Made by a program: the position numbers and the translations under genes. The notes below the pieces were generated by a model. That model had not been told where the DNA came from and ran no database searches. It was given only the letters and a program-made list of their open reading frames with translations. This document shows, one piece after another, positions 27,323-41,321 of a DNA stretch of 64,000 bases (position 1 is its first letter; each line of letters opens with the position of its first letter). The DNA is from Dendrobates tinctorius (lineage: Eukaryota). The stretch lies in the NCBI RefSeq assembly GCF_039654945.1, contig NW_027361688.1:1488001-1552000 (forward strand). The letters run 5' to 3'.

Positions 27323-27655
27323 GGCCTGCTTCACACATCCGTATGTTACCATCAGTCAAAATCCGCAGTTTTGCAAAAAAAAAACCGGATCCGCCATTTT
27401 GCTTGGCGGATCCGTTTTTTTTCCCATTGAGTTGCATTACCGGCGGATCTTGACGGATGGCCATCCGTTGGATCCGTTTTTTTGAGGATCCACCAAAATG
27501 TTGGCGTCCGCCGACATGCCTGGACGGACAATGCAACGTTTTTTCGGGCGGCCAGATCCGCATTTTACATTGCGCATGCCCGGAGGACTTCCCTCGGCCT
27601 CAAATTTAACCCTAAACTCTGTGCGGGCGGCTGAACAATTCTCTCTCTCTCTTCC
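27323..27655. mobile_element. Truncated Harbinger-like MITE related to 46078-46644
   Basis: TTA-GGCCTGCTTCACACATCCG start, similar to the left half of the 46-kb MITE; second TIR missing. Confidence 0.6.
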
Positions 27656-27668
27656 CCTATTACACACA

Positions 27669-28494
27669 ATGGAGAGAATATAGCACTATATGGGGGTATG
27701 CAGCAGGATATGGAGGGTATATAGCACTATATAGGGGTATACAGCAGGATATAGAGGGTATGTTGCACTATATGGGGGTATGCAGCAGGATATGGAGGGT
27801 ATGTAGCACCATATGGGGGTATACAGCACAATATGGGGGTACACAGCAGGATATGGAGAGTATATAGCACTATATATGGGGTATACAGCAGGATATGGAG
27901 GTATATAGTACTATATGGGGGTATGCAGCAGGATATGGAGGGTATGTTGCACTATATGGGGGTATGCATCAGGATATGGAGGGTATGTAGCACCATATGG
28001 GGGTATACAGGATATGGAGGGTATGTAGCACTATATGGGGGGTATACAGCAGGATATGGAGGGTATATAGCACTATATGGGGGTATGCAGCAGGATATGG
28101 AGGGTATATAGCACTATATGGGGGAATACAGCAGGATATGGAGGGTATATAGCACTATATATGGGGTATGCAGCAGCATATGGAGGGTATGTAGCACTAT
28201 ATGGGGGTATACAGGATATGGAGGGTATGTAGCACTATATGGGGGGTATACAGCAGGATATGGAGGGTATATAGCACTATATGGGGGTATGCAGCAGGAT
28301 ATGGAGGGTATATAGCACTATATGGGGGAATACAGCAGGATATGGAGGGTATATAGCACTATATGGGAGGTATACAGCAGGAGCAGGATATGGAGGGTAT
28401 ATAGCTGTATATGGGGGTATGCAACAGGATATGGAGGGTATATAGCACTATATGGGGGTATACAGCAGGATATGGAGGGTATATAGCACTATAT
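27669..28494. repeat. ~41-bp minisatellite, left part
   Basis: Unit TATATAGCACTATATGGGGG + TATACAGCAGGATATGGAGGG. Confidence 0.97.
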
Positions 28495-30567
28495 AAAAAA
28501 TAAGATAATCCTTTAATTGCCCCACCATGGGGAAATCCAGAGCATTACAGCAGCAAGGCAGGAACAAGTACAGATACTGATGCATAAAGGCATTACATTG
28601 ACAGTAGGTAGGTACATACACGAAAAAAAAAGATATAACCGGACTATCACAACTGTGGATCTATTAGTTCACTGTTTGGGTCGTTCTCCGTTTTGGACAG
28701 TGCTAGTTATACAGCCTAACTGCAGCAGGAAGGAAGGACTTTCGATAGCGCTCCCGCTCACATTTAGGATGAAGTAGCCGGTCACGGACAGTACTGCACA
28801 TCTTTGTCACGGTCTCATGCATGGGATGGGAATCATTCTGCACCATGTAGCTCACTTTGGCCAGTATCCTCCTGTCGCCTACTTCCTGAACTGGATCAAG
28901 GGGGCATCCCAGGACAGAGCTGGCCCTTCTAATCAGTTTGTCCAGCCTTTTCCTGTCCCTGGTTGATATGCCACTACCCCAGCACGCCACACCAAAGATG
29001 ACTGATGCCACAACAGAGTTGAAGAAGGATGCAAGGAGTGCCCCCCTAACTCCGAAGGCTCTCAGCCTTCTGAGCAGATAAAGCCTACTGTGGCCCTTCC
29101 TGTACACTGCATCCAAGTGATGGGCCCAGTCAAGCTTATTATTGAGGATCACACCAAGGTACTTATAGGTGTCGACTATCTCAATGTCATTTCCCTGAAT
29201 GTTCACCACTACAGGTGGATTTTTTCCCTTGCGAAAGTCCACCACCAATTCTTTGGTCTTCCTGGAATTAATCCTAAGGTGGTTCCTCTGACACCACTCC
29301 ACAAAAGCTTGGTTAGTATCTCTGTACTGTCTTTCATCTCCTCCTGTGATGAGACCTACTATTGCAGAGTCATCAGAATACTTCTGCAAGTAGCAGCTAG
29401 ATGAGTTGCACTTAAAATTCACAGTGTACAGTGTGAAGAGAAAAGGGGCAAGAACTGTACCTTGAGGTGCCCCTGTATTGCAGATCACCGTGTCTGACAC
29501 ACTGTCCCGAACCTTTACAAACTGAGGTTGGCTCGTGAGGTAGTTAAGGATCCAGGTGGAGAGTTGGAGGTCCACGCCAACAAGGCCCAGCTTGTCTCTC
29601 AGTAGACCTGGCTGTATGGTATTAAAAGCACTAGAGAAATCGAAGAACATTATTCTCACAGTGCTCCCAGGTTTCTCCAGGTGAGAGTCCTATCTAGAAG
29701 GTGGATAATGGCATCATCCACACCAATGCCCGGCCTGTAGGCAAACTTGAGAGGGTCCATATCCGAGCTCACTAGAGGATGGAGACGTGTGAGAATCAAT
29801 CTCTCTAGTACCTTCATCAGGTGTGATGTCAATGCTACAGGTCTATAGTCATTAAGGTCTTTTGGATAAGGCTTCTTCGGAACAGGTACCACACACGATA
29901 ATTTCCACAGTTGTGGTACTATACCTATTCTCAGGCTCATATTGAACAGATATGTAATGATCTCACTTATCTGGTGCCCGCAGGTTTTGATTAGTCTTGC
30001 ACTGATGCAGTCAGGACCTGCAGCCTTCAAAACTTTGATCATATCCAGTTCTTTTGCAACCTGGGTACTTGTGAAGAACAGACCCTGGCTCAGTTGACAA
30101 GTTGCAGCAGGGGGTGAGGTTATTGTAGCAGAGAGGTGTGAACGGTATGCAAGGGCAGGAGCAGCCAGTGTGTGATTAAATCTGTTAAAGAATAGATTAA
30201 GTTCATTAAGCCTCTCTTTATCAACAACCATCCTGAAGACAGTCTGTCTATGCCCAGATATAGACTTTAGACCCTCCCAGAATTCATGAATCCTTTTCTG
30301 TGACAATTTCAGTTCAATCTTTCTCATAATTAGCCTTTCCCTGCCTGATTAGATTCTTCAGATCTTTCTGCACCTCTCTCAGTCTGCCCTTGTCACCTGA
30401 TCTGAAGGCCAACTTCTCTTTGAGAAGAGCCTTTATTCCGGGGCTGATCCATGGTTTATTGTTAGAGAAGCACCTCACTACTTTTGTGGGTACCGTGTTG
30501 TCTACACAGAAATTAATGTAGTCCATCATACAGTGTGTGCGACCATCCATGTCATCACCATAGGAAT
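28495..30567 (-). mobile_element. Rex1/Babar-clade LINE, 5' truncated and frameshifted, inserted in the minisatellite
   Basis: NNKPWIS, YRPVALTSHLMKVLER, RIMFFDFSSAFNTIQP, GAPQGTVLAPFLF, KYSDD across three ORFs; 3' hairpin and AT-rich tail near 28500-28545. Confidence 0.9.
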
Positions 30568-33357
30568 CTACAGCAGGATATGGAGGGTATAAAATACTAT
30601 ATTGGGGTATACAGCAGCATATGGAGGTATATAGCGCTATATGGGGGTATACAGCAGGATATGGAGGGTATGTAGCACTATATGGGGGTATGCAGCAGAA
30701 TATGGAAGGTATATAGCACTATAGGGGGGTATACAGCAGGATATGGAGGTTATATAGCAGTATATGGGGGTATGCAGAAGGATATGGAGGGTATATAGTA
30801 CTATATGGGGGTATGCAGAAGGATATGGAGGGTATATAGCACTATATGGGGTAAACAGCAGGATATGGAGGGTATGTAGCACTATATGGGGGTATACAGC
30901 TGGATATGGAGGGTATGTAGCGCTATATGGGGGTATACAGCAGGATATGGAGGGTATGTAGCACTATTTGAGGGAATACAGCAGGATATGGAGAGTATAT
31001 AGCACTATATGGGGGTATACAGCAGTATATGGAGAGTATATAGCACTATATGGGGTATACAGCAGGATATGGAGGGTATATAGCACTATATGGGTATACA
31101 GCAGGATATGGAGGGTATATAGCACTATATGGGGGTATACAGCAGGATATGGAGGGTATATAGCACTATATGGGTGTATACAGCAGGATATGGAGGGTAT
31201 ATAGCACTATATGGGTGTATACAGCAGGATATGGAGAGTATATGGCACTATATGGGGGTATACAGCAGGATATGGAGGGTATATAGCAGGATATGGAGAG
31301 TATATAGCACTACATGGGGTATACAGCAGTATATGGAGAGTATATAGCACTATATGGGGGTATACAGCAGGATATGGAGGGTATGTAGCACTATTTGAGG
31401 GAATACAGCAGGATATGGAGAGTATATAGCACTATATGGGGGTATACAGCACTATATGGGGTATACAGCAGGATATGGAGAGTATATAGCACTATATGGG
31501 TTATACAGCAGGATATGGAGGGTATATAGCACTATATGGGGTTAGACAGTAGGATATGGAGGGTATATAGCACTATATGGGGGTATACAGCAGGATATGG
31601 AGAGTATATAGCACTATATGGGGGTATACAGCAGTATATGGAGGGTATATAGCACTATATGGGGTATACAGCATGATATGGAGGGTATATAGCACTATAT
31701 GGGGTATACAGCAGGATATGGAGGGTATATAGCACTATATGGGGTATACAGCAGGATATGGAGAGTATATAGCACTATATGGGTATACAGCAGGATATGG
31801 AGGGTATATAGCACTATATGGGGGTATACAGCAGGATATGGAGAGTATATAGCACTATATGGGGGTATACAGCAGGATATGGAGGGTATATAGAACTATA
31901 CGGGGGTATACAGCAGGATATGGAGAGTATATAGCACTATATGGGGTATACAGCAAGATATGGAGAGTATATAGCACTATATGGGGGTATACAGCAGGAT
32001 ATGGAGGGTATATAGCACTATATGGGGGTATGCAGCAGGATATGGAGGTATACAGCAGGATATGGAGAGTATATAGCGCTATATGGGGGTATACAGCAGT
32101 ATATGGAGAGTATATAGCACTATATGAGGGTATACAGCAGGATATGGAGGGTATATAGCACTATATGGGGGTATGCAGCAGGATATGGAGGTATACAGCG
32201 CTATATGGGGGTATACAGCAGGATATGGAGAGTATATAGCGCTATATGGGGGTATACAGCAGGATATGGAGAGTATATAGCGCTATATGGGGTATACAGC
32301 AGTATATGGAGAGTATATAGCACTATATGGGGGTATACAGCAGGATATGGAGGGTATATAGCACTATATGGAGGTATACAGCAGTATATGGAGAGTATAT
32401 AGCACTATATGGGGTATACAGCAGTATATGGAGAGTATATAGCACTATATGGGGTTAGACAGTAGGATATGGAGGGTATATAGCACTATATGGGGGTATG
32501 CAGCAGGATATAGAGGGTATATAGCACTATATGGGGGGATACAGCAGGATATGGAGAGTATATAGCACTATATGGGGTATACAGCAGGATATGGAGAGTA
32601 TATAGCACTATATGGGGGTATACAGCAGGATATGGAGGGTATATAGCACTATATCGGGGTATGCAGCAGGATATGGAGGGTACATAGCACTATATGGGGG
32701 TATGCAGCAGGATATGGAGGTATACAGCGCTATATGGGGGTATACAGCAGGATATGGAGGTTATATAGCGCTATATGGGGTATACAGCAGGATATGGAGA
32801 GTATATAGCACTACATGGGGTATACAGCAGGATATGGAGAGTATATAGCACTATATGGGGTATACAGCAGTATATGGAGAGTATATAGCACTATATGGGG
32901 TTAGACAGTAGGATATGGAGGGTATATAGCACTATATGGGGGTATGCAGCAGGATATAGAGGGTATATAGCACTATATGGGGGTATACAGCAGGATATGG
33001 AGGGTATATAGTACTATATGGGGTATACAGCAGGATATGGAGGGTATATAGCGCTATATGTGGTATACAGCAGGATATGGAGAGTATATAGCACTATATG
33101 GGGTATACAGCAGGATATGGAGGTATATAGCACTATATGGGGGTATACAGCAGGATATGGAGGGTATATAGCACTATATGGGGGTATACAGCAGGATATG
33201 GAGGGTATATAGTACTATATGGGGTATACAGCAGGATATGGAGGGTATATAGCGCTATATGTGGTATACAGCAGGATATGGAGAGTATATAGCACTATAT
33301 GGGGTATACAGCAGGATATGGAGGTATATAGCACTATATGGGGGTATACAGCAGAAT
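30568..33357. repeat. ~41-bp minisatellite, right part
   Basis: Same dimeric unit over about 2.8 kb. Confidence 0.97.
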
Positions 33358-33399
33358 ATAACCCTTTGCTCCCCTGACCAGTGATGATCTCGGTGATTT

Positions 33400-33900
33400 C
33401 TCCCTGTCTCACGCCGCCATTGATCCGAGCAGGAGGTCACCGGGGAGGAGTCCGCTCTGTGACTAGTGAAAGGTCCTGGAGATAAAAGCGGGAAAATGAC
33501 AGGAAAAAGTGCGGGAAATTCAAAACCGCTAACAGCTCTGTGCTCCGCCCACATGTGAGGAGAAGCCGCAGCTCCTGCTGCTGGGGGAGGGGCTGGTGAC
33601 CGCGCTGTGCCCGGATGGCTGCTCTACGGGAGCCGGAAACACCGACCACTGAAGGGTTAACACTGAGTGTGTGCGGGGAAGTGACCCTGTGGGCGGAGCC
33701 ATAGCCCTACTGAGTGCTGATTGGCTGAGCACTGAATATGAAATTCCCGCCCAACGGCTGATAGTTTCTCGCGCTCTTTGTTCTCCTCAGTGTAACACGT
33801 GGTGCTCAGCGCTGTGTGGCCGTATACAGCACTATATGGAGGGAGTATTGTAGTATTTGGGCACAGACCGCATCATAACCAGGAATACAGCCCGATATTC
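33400..33900 (+). other. Diverged paralogue of the H4 flanks with the H4 gene absent
   Basis: 33400-33545 resembles 42045-42190; 33546-33810 resembles 42711-42970. Confidence 0.7.
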
Positions 33901-33945
33901 AGTGTATAAGGCGTGATATCCTGTATCCAGCACTATGGATGGAGG

Positions 33946-35932
33946 GTGACACTATATGGCGATATACAGCACCACATGGGGGGATGACGCTATATGGCGA
34001 TATACAGCACCACATGGGGGGGTGACGCTATATGGCGACATACAGCACCACATGGAGGTGACACTATATGGCGATATACAGCATCACATGGAGGTGACAC
34101 TATATGGCGACATACAGCACCACATGGAGGTGACACTATATGGCGATATACAGCACCACATGGGGGGGTGACACTATATGGCGATATACAGCACCACATG
34201 GAGGTGACACTATATGGCGATATACAGCACCACATGGGGGTGTGACACTATATGGCGATATACAGCACCACATGGGGGGATGACGCTATATGGCGATATA
34301 CAGCACCACATGGAGGTGACACTATATGGCGATATACAGCACCACATGGGGGGATGACGCTATATGGCGATATACAGCACCACATGGGGGGGTGACGCTA
34401 TATGGCGACATACAGCACCACATGGAGGTGACACTATATGGCGATATACAGCACCACATGGGGGGTTACACTATATGGCGATATACAGTACCACATGGGG
34501 GTGACACTATATGGCGATATACAGCACTACATGGGAGGGTGACACTATATGGCGATATACAGCACCACATGGGGGTGACACTATATGGCGATATACAGCA
34601 CCACATGGGGGGGTGACACTATATGGCGATATACAGCACCACATGGGGGGGTGACACTATATGGCGATATACAGCACCACATGGGAGGGTGACGCTATAT
34701 GGAGATATACAGCACCACATGGGGGTGACACTATATGGCGATATACAGCACCACATGGGAGGGTGACGCTATATGGAGATATACAGCACCACATGGGGGT
34801 GACACTATATGGCGATATACAGCACCACATCGGGGGGTGACACTATATGGCGACATACAGCACCACATGGGGGGGTGACACTATATGGAGATATACAGCA
34901 CCACATGGGGGTGACACTATATGGAGATATACCGCACCACATGGGGGGTGACGCTATATGGCGATATACAGCACCACATGGGGGTGACACTATATGGCGA
35001 TATACAGCACCACATGGGGGTGACACTATATGGCGATATACAGCACCACATGGGGTGGTGACGCTATATGGAGATATACAGCACCACATGGGGGGGTGAC
35101 GCTATATGGCGATATACAGCACATGGGGTGGTGACGCTATATGGAGATATACAGCACCACATGGGGGGTGACACTATATGGAGATATACAGCACCACATG
35201 GGGGTGACATTATATGGCGACATACAGCACCACATGGGGGTGACACTATATGGCGATATACAGCACCACATGGGGGGGTGACACTATATGGCGATATACA
35301 GCACCACATGGGGGGGTGACACTATATGGCGATATACAGCACCACATGGTGAGTGACACTATATGGCGATATACAGCACCACATGGGGGGTGACACTATA
35401 TGGCGATATACAGCACCACATGGGGGGGTGACACTATATGGCGATATACAGCACCACATGGGGGTGACACTATATGGCGATATACAGCACCACATGGAGG
35501 TGACACTATATGGCGATATACAGCACCACATGGGGGTGACACTATATGGAGATATACAGCACCACATGGGGGGTGACACTATATGGAGATATACAGCACC
35601 ACATGGGGGGTGACACTATATGGCGATATACCGCACCACATGGGGGGTGACACTATATGGCGATATACAGCACCACATGGGGGGTGACACTATATGGCGA
35701 TATACCGCACCACATGGGGGGTGACACTATATGGCGATATACCGCACCACATGGGGGGTGACACTATATGGAGATATACAGCACCACATGGGGGGTGACA
35801 CTATATGGAGATATACAGCACCACATGGGGGGTGACACTATATGGCGATATACCGCACCACATGGGGGGTGACACTATATGGCGATATACAGCACCACAT
35901 GGGGGGTGACACTATATGGCGATATACAGCAT
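33946..35932. repeat. ~37-39-bp minisatellite
   Basis: Unit GTGACACTATATGGCGATATACAGCACCACATGGGG(G)n. Confidence 0.97.
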
Positions 35933-36600
35933 TATATAGAACTATATAGCACAATATGACTGACTGCTCAGGGCCTATACAGCGCTATATCGAGGGTGTA
36001 TAGGAGTATTCAACACTATATGAGGATAAGACCATGAACGGGGAAGGAGAGTCCACTCACCCAGGTTGCAGCAAGGATCCTTTAGAAGTCCATGGCCGCT
36101 CCAATGTGACCGAGACCTAAGTGCCCATGAGTGAGGCGCCAGAGAGGTGAGATGCGCCGGTCTCAGTCACACTGGAGCTGACAGGCACTTTTAGTTTATT
36201 TTTCTATAATAAATGTGGATGTTATCGTACACACCTGCAGCCTCGCTGGATTTTCGTTCCTCTGTAAGTGGACAAAACCGCAGTATTTTAGTATCAGCAT
36301 CAGTCTATAGCACTACAAGGAGGATTTCTGCTCTATACGGATGTATACGGCACAATTTGGAGGGTATGAAGCGCTGCGCTGGATGTATACAGAACTATAT
36401 GTTGTGTATAGAACTATACAGAGGGTATATAGCACAATACTGAGGATCACAGCACTATATGGGGGTACATGACATAGCAGTGGGATTCTGGGGTTATATG
36501 ATATTTTAGCTTAATCATCAAAGGTTGTGTTTCCTGTGACCCCAGATGTGGACACTGCCCCCCTTACTCTGCACACAATGGATATATACATAGCGCTGCA

Positions 36601-36932
36601 GCTCTAGTTGCCCTGAAGAAGGCTCCGGCTCCTGGAGGATGGGATGTAGAGAAGCGTAACAGCCGCCTGAACCATCAAGCTTCCGGTCACGAAGGGCACT
36701 GGGCTCCAGCTGACGGGCAGCAGCGCCTCCAGATCCTTAAAGCTGACAATGGATGCGGACAACCCTGAGAAACCAGCAGGCAATAAAGTGGGCGAATCTC
36801 TGATCTCAAGAAGAGCCCCAAAAAATCCAAGAAAGTCACCGAGAAGCCAAATAACCCCCGAAGCTGAAGAAGATGACGAAGAGTTCAGCTAAGAAGATAG
36901 CTAAAGACAAGAAGTCCCTGCCGAGAAATAAA
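36601..36932 (+). pseudogene. H1: Histone H1 pseudogene (5' truncated, frameshifted)
   Basis: ALKKAPAPGGWDVEKRNSRL, then a shifted frame IKLPVTKGTGLQLTGSSASRSLKL matching the H1 globular domain; Lys/Pro-rich tail; broken stem-loop at 36957-36973. Confidence 0.85.
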
Positions 36933-36970
36933 ATTTAGCTGCCATACTCCCACAAAGGCTTTTATTCACT

Positions 36971-37150
36971 GCCACCACCCTGTAATGGCAGAGCTGTGTG
37001 ACCAGTGCCACCACCATGTCCCGGCAGAGCTGTGTGATAAGTGCCACCACCTTGTCCCGGCAGAGCTGTGTGATCAGTGCCAACACCTTGTCCCGGCAGA
37101 GCTGTGTGATCAGTGCCACCACCTTGTCCCGGCAGAGCTGTGTGACCAGT
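36971..37150 (+). repeat. 36-bp tandem repeat x5 containing an HDE-like AGAGCTGT
   Basis: Unit GCCACCACCTTGTCCCGGCAGAGCTGTGTGATCAGT, starting in the 3' arm of the H1 stem-loop. Confidence 0.92.
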
Positions 37151-37283
37151 GTAGACATGATGTGACCCTCTCCTGCATTATGGCAGCCTGTGACCAGTGT
37201 GAACTGCAGAGACCCAGCAGCACTTCATGGAGGAGGGAACAACGAGATTACTGGGAGTTGTGCTGAGCTTCTTCTGCTTAATG

Positions 37284-37823
<540 letters not shown>

Positions 37824-37853
37824 ATCTGCCCCGGGCACTGAAGACAGCACAAA

Positions 37854-37869
37854 GGCTCTTCTCAGAGCC
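37854..37869 (+). terminator. Histone 3' stem-loop (H3)
   Basis: GGCTCT-TCTC-AGAGCC. Confidence 0.95.
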
Positions 37870-38399
37870 ACCAAATTGCCCCACTAAGGAGCCAATGCCT
37901 AAACTATCCGGATCCTGCACCGGATCCTTGTGGTAATAGGTGGCGATGGGTTATCTCAAGTTAAGCGAGTTTCCCTTATGGAAATAAATCACAACTTAGT
38001 TTATAAGTAATGAGCAAATGTGCTCGGATAAGGCGTTACGGGAGCATGATCATGTGCTAACGGTGTCTTCAGTGTGCTTGAAACATATGTTCCAGTCTCT
38101 GGGGCTACTTGTCTCACACCTGTTATACAGCTGAAACACATGTAGCCGCTAGGACTCTAACCTATTTTTCGAGCACGTTCGCGCATCACTATAACAGACA
38201 TGCGCATCCATCAGTCTCAGGAGCAAAAAGGGTTAATGTAACATCAGTACTAAAAGTGGGTCTGGGCATTGAGCGCTAACAGCTCAGCCTTTCATCAGCA
38301 GAACAGGCAGTGCTAGGACCCATATAATCAGTAGTGTATCGGGGTAAACCGCATTACATTGCTGTGTAGAGTTCTATATGTAGGTAGACGACTAAATAT

Positions 38400-38600
38400 T
38401 AATTTTTTACTTATTTATACAGCGCCGTTAATTCCACAGCGCTTTAGACATTGTCATCGCTGTCCCCGATGGGGCTCACAATCTAAAAATATCACTATGG
38501 CTTTGGAATGTTTTGAGGAGACCCACTGTTCAAATCCCACCAAGGACAACATCTGCAAGGAGTTTGTATGTTCTTCCCCGGGTTCTCTGGTTTTCCTAAA
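38400..38600. mobile_element. SINE/LINE-tail fragments
   Basis: L2-like 3' tail on the minus strand near 38405-38445; B-box-like GTTCAAATCC followed by GGAGTTTGTATGTTCT. Confidence 0.4.
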
Positions 38601-38649
38601 CTGGAATGGGGCTCACAGTCGTCCTTCAATAGACCTATTAGGCCCACTG

Positions 38650-40040
38650 ATGCGTGCTAGAAATTTATAGAGGATCTTCTCAAAAAAATTTCAATCTTTC
38701 ATCACCGAACTCCAGTCTTACTTCCTTCCTTTTCCATCTGCATTTCCCTACAAGTCTAGGCCACTCAATGACAGGGGTGTGGACTCAGTCTGGTTTAAAT
38801 TCGCCGACAAAGTTCTTTCTCCATTGTCTTTCATTATTCCACTACATTAAGATTAGGCACTTTGCCTTATAATTATTCCACAGTCTACAGGCGTCTACTC
38901 CTTTCGAGAGACCATGGAACAATACTTCAACAACAAAAGGTTTAATATTCAGTATTTACAATGTGTTACAGACTCCAGACACAGATTCTGTAACTCAGGG
39001 GTGAAGAATCTTTTTTTCTGCCGGGGGGGCCGTACAAACTCCGCCCACAAATTACATCCTGACTCTGGCACTGGTGTCAGGACGTAATCTTTCATTGCAT
39101 GCCCTTCAGTGTTCAGGAGTGAATACTGCGTGTGTATGCTCACAGAGCAAGAAGAAATTAAGGAGCTGGTTGCAGTCAAAATACAGCTCCCTGCCAAAGC
39201 ACTACGGTGCCTGAGAATCTGCCCGGGGGCCGGATAAAAGGTCATTAGGGGCCGTAAATGGCCCTGGGGCCTGAGGTTCCCCACCCCTGCTGTAACTAGA
39301 CACTCTTATATGCTCAGATGGGAGGAATATGTAAAATGGAGTGGAGAAATGTTTGGACCCGAGTAGCTAAGACTGCATCTTTTAATACATACAAAGAAAA
39401 TCGGTCCAAAATCCTTCATCTTTGCTTCATCTATTCCTCCACTTTGCTTGCAGGCACCCCCTACCTAAAGCTTCTACTTTTCGGTACTGCCCTTTGATTA
39501 AACCATTTTGGGTGAAAGTCCAACTCCCCACTAAGCACGTTTTTGGAGAGGTCCCTCTAGATCTTTAGCTATTCCTATTAAATTTTTCCGAGTCCATATA
39601 TAAGAGATCCATTAGATTGCTTTTACATATGCTGACAGCAGCCGGCTGTTTATTGCTCACCACTGGAAGCAAACCTCTCCCCCTTCCCACTAGATCTATA
39701 GTCTCGCATCAAGGATATCAGGAATCTTGCGTACTAGGGAGCACCTAATGACAATACTGTAGAGATTTAACCTAATTTGGTTTCCTTGGGACGGCTTTTG
39801 GGTCATGGTAAATATATGACCTCTATGAGATGGATATAACTAGATCACAACATTCTATATCATACCCCCTTTTTTATTTTGTATCGGTCTGTTAGTTTGT
39901 GAGCTTTTACACCTTATTATATACATGAAAATGTTTAACCAAAACTTTAAATTATAGAATATTGGTTGACAATCTATAAATGAGTGGAAAATTTAAAGTG
40001 GCTAAATTTACTCTTTTCCTATAAAAATCTTAAAATAAAA
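38650..40040 (+). mobile_element. Decayed L1-like ORF2 3' region
   Basis: Residual peptides SYMLRWE, YCPLIKPFW and LFIAHHWKQTSPP; AT-rich tail; bounds approximate. Confidence 0.55.
38996..39289. mobile_element. hAT (Charlie-like) MITE
   Basis: CAGGGGTG ... CACCCCTG termini; perfect 8-bp TSD CTGTAACT. Confidence 0.9.
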
Positions 40041-40118
40041 TTTCAATTTTTTTTTTTTTCCAAAAAACAGATCACACCAGAGATCAGCGGCGTCAGCTCC
40101 TGTGGTGATGGCGTGGGT

Positions 40119-40134
40119 GGCTCTTAGAAGAGCC
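40119..40134 (-). terminator. Histone 3' stem-loop (H2A copy 2)
   Basis: GGCTCT-TCTA-AGAGCC on the minus strand. Confidence 0.95.
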
Positions 40135-40172
40135 TTTGGGTTGTGTGGATGATACGGGGTCGGTGGCAGCGC

Positions 40173-41276
<1,104 letters not shown>

Positions 41277-41305
41277 TCTGCTCTGCTCTGCACCCACAAC
41301 CCAAA

Positions 41306-41321
41306 GGCTCTTCTAAGAGCC
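41306..41321 (+). terminator. Histone 3' stem-loop (H2B copy 2)
   Basis: GGCTCT-TCTA-AGAGCC, HDE CAGAGCTGT. Confidence 0.95.

Noticed and set aside
27669-35932. Many Gly/Tyr-rich ORFs resembling keratin-associated or structural proteins
   Set aside because: They are translations of minisatellite units in shifting frames, with no stable frame or gene structure
33946-35932. CRISPR-like appearance of ~37-bp repeats (also 36971-37150)
   Set aside because: Head-to-tail units without unique spacers, no cas genes, eukaryotic context
36098-36178. 20-bp-arm hairpin
   Set aside because: Probably a MITE remnant; no termini or RNA-gene features
36985-37266. Cys/His-rich ORF (AELCDQCHHLVP)n resembling a metal-binding protein
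   Set aside because: By-product of a 36-bp repeat whose length is a multiple of three; overlaps the H1 3' processing region
38005-38191. Possible additional hAT MITE
   Set aside because: TIRs degenerate and no matching TSD seen
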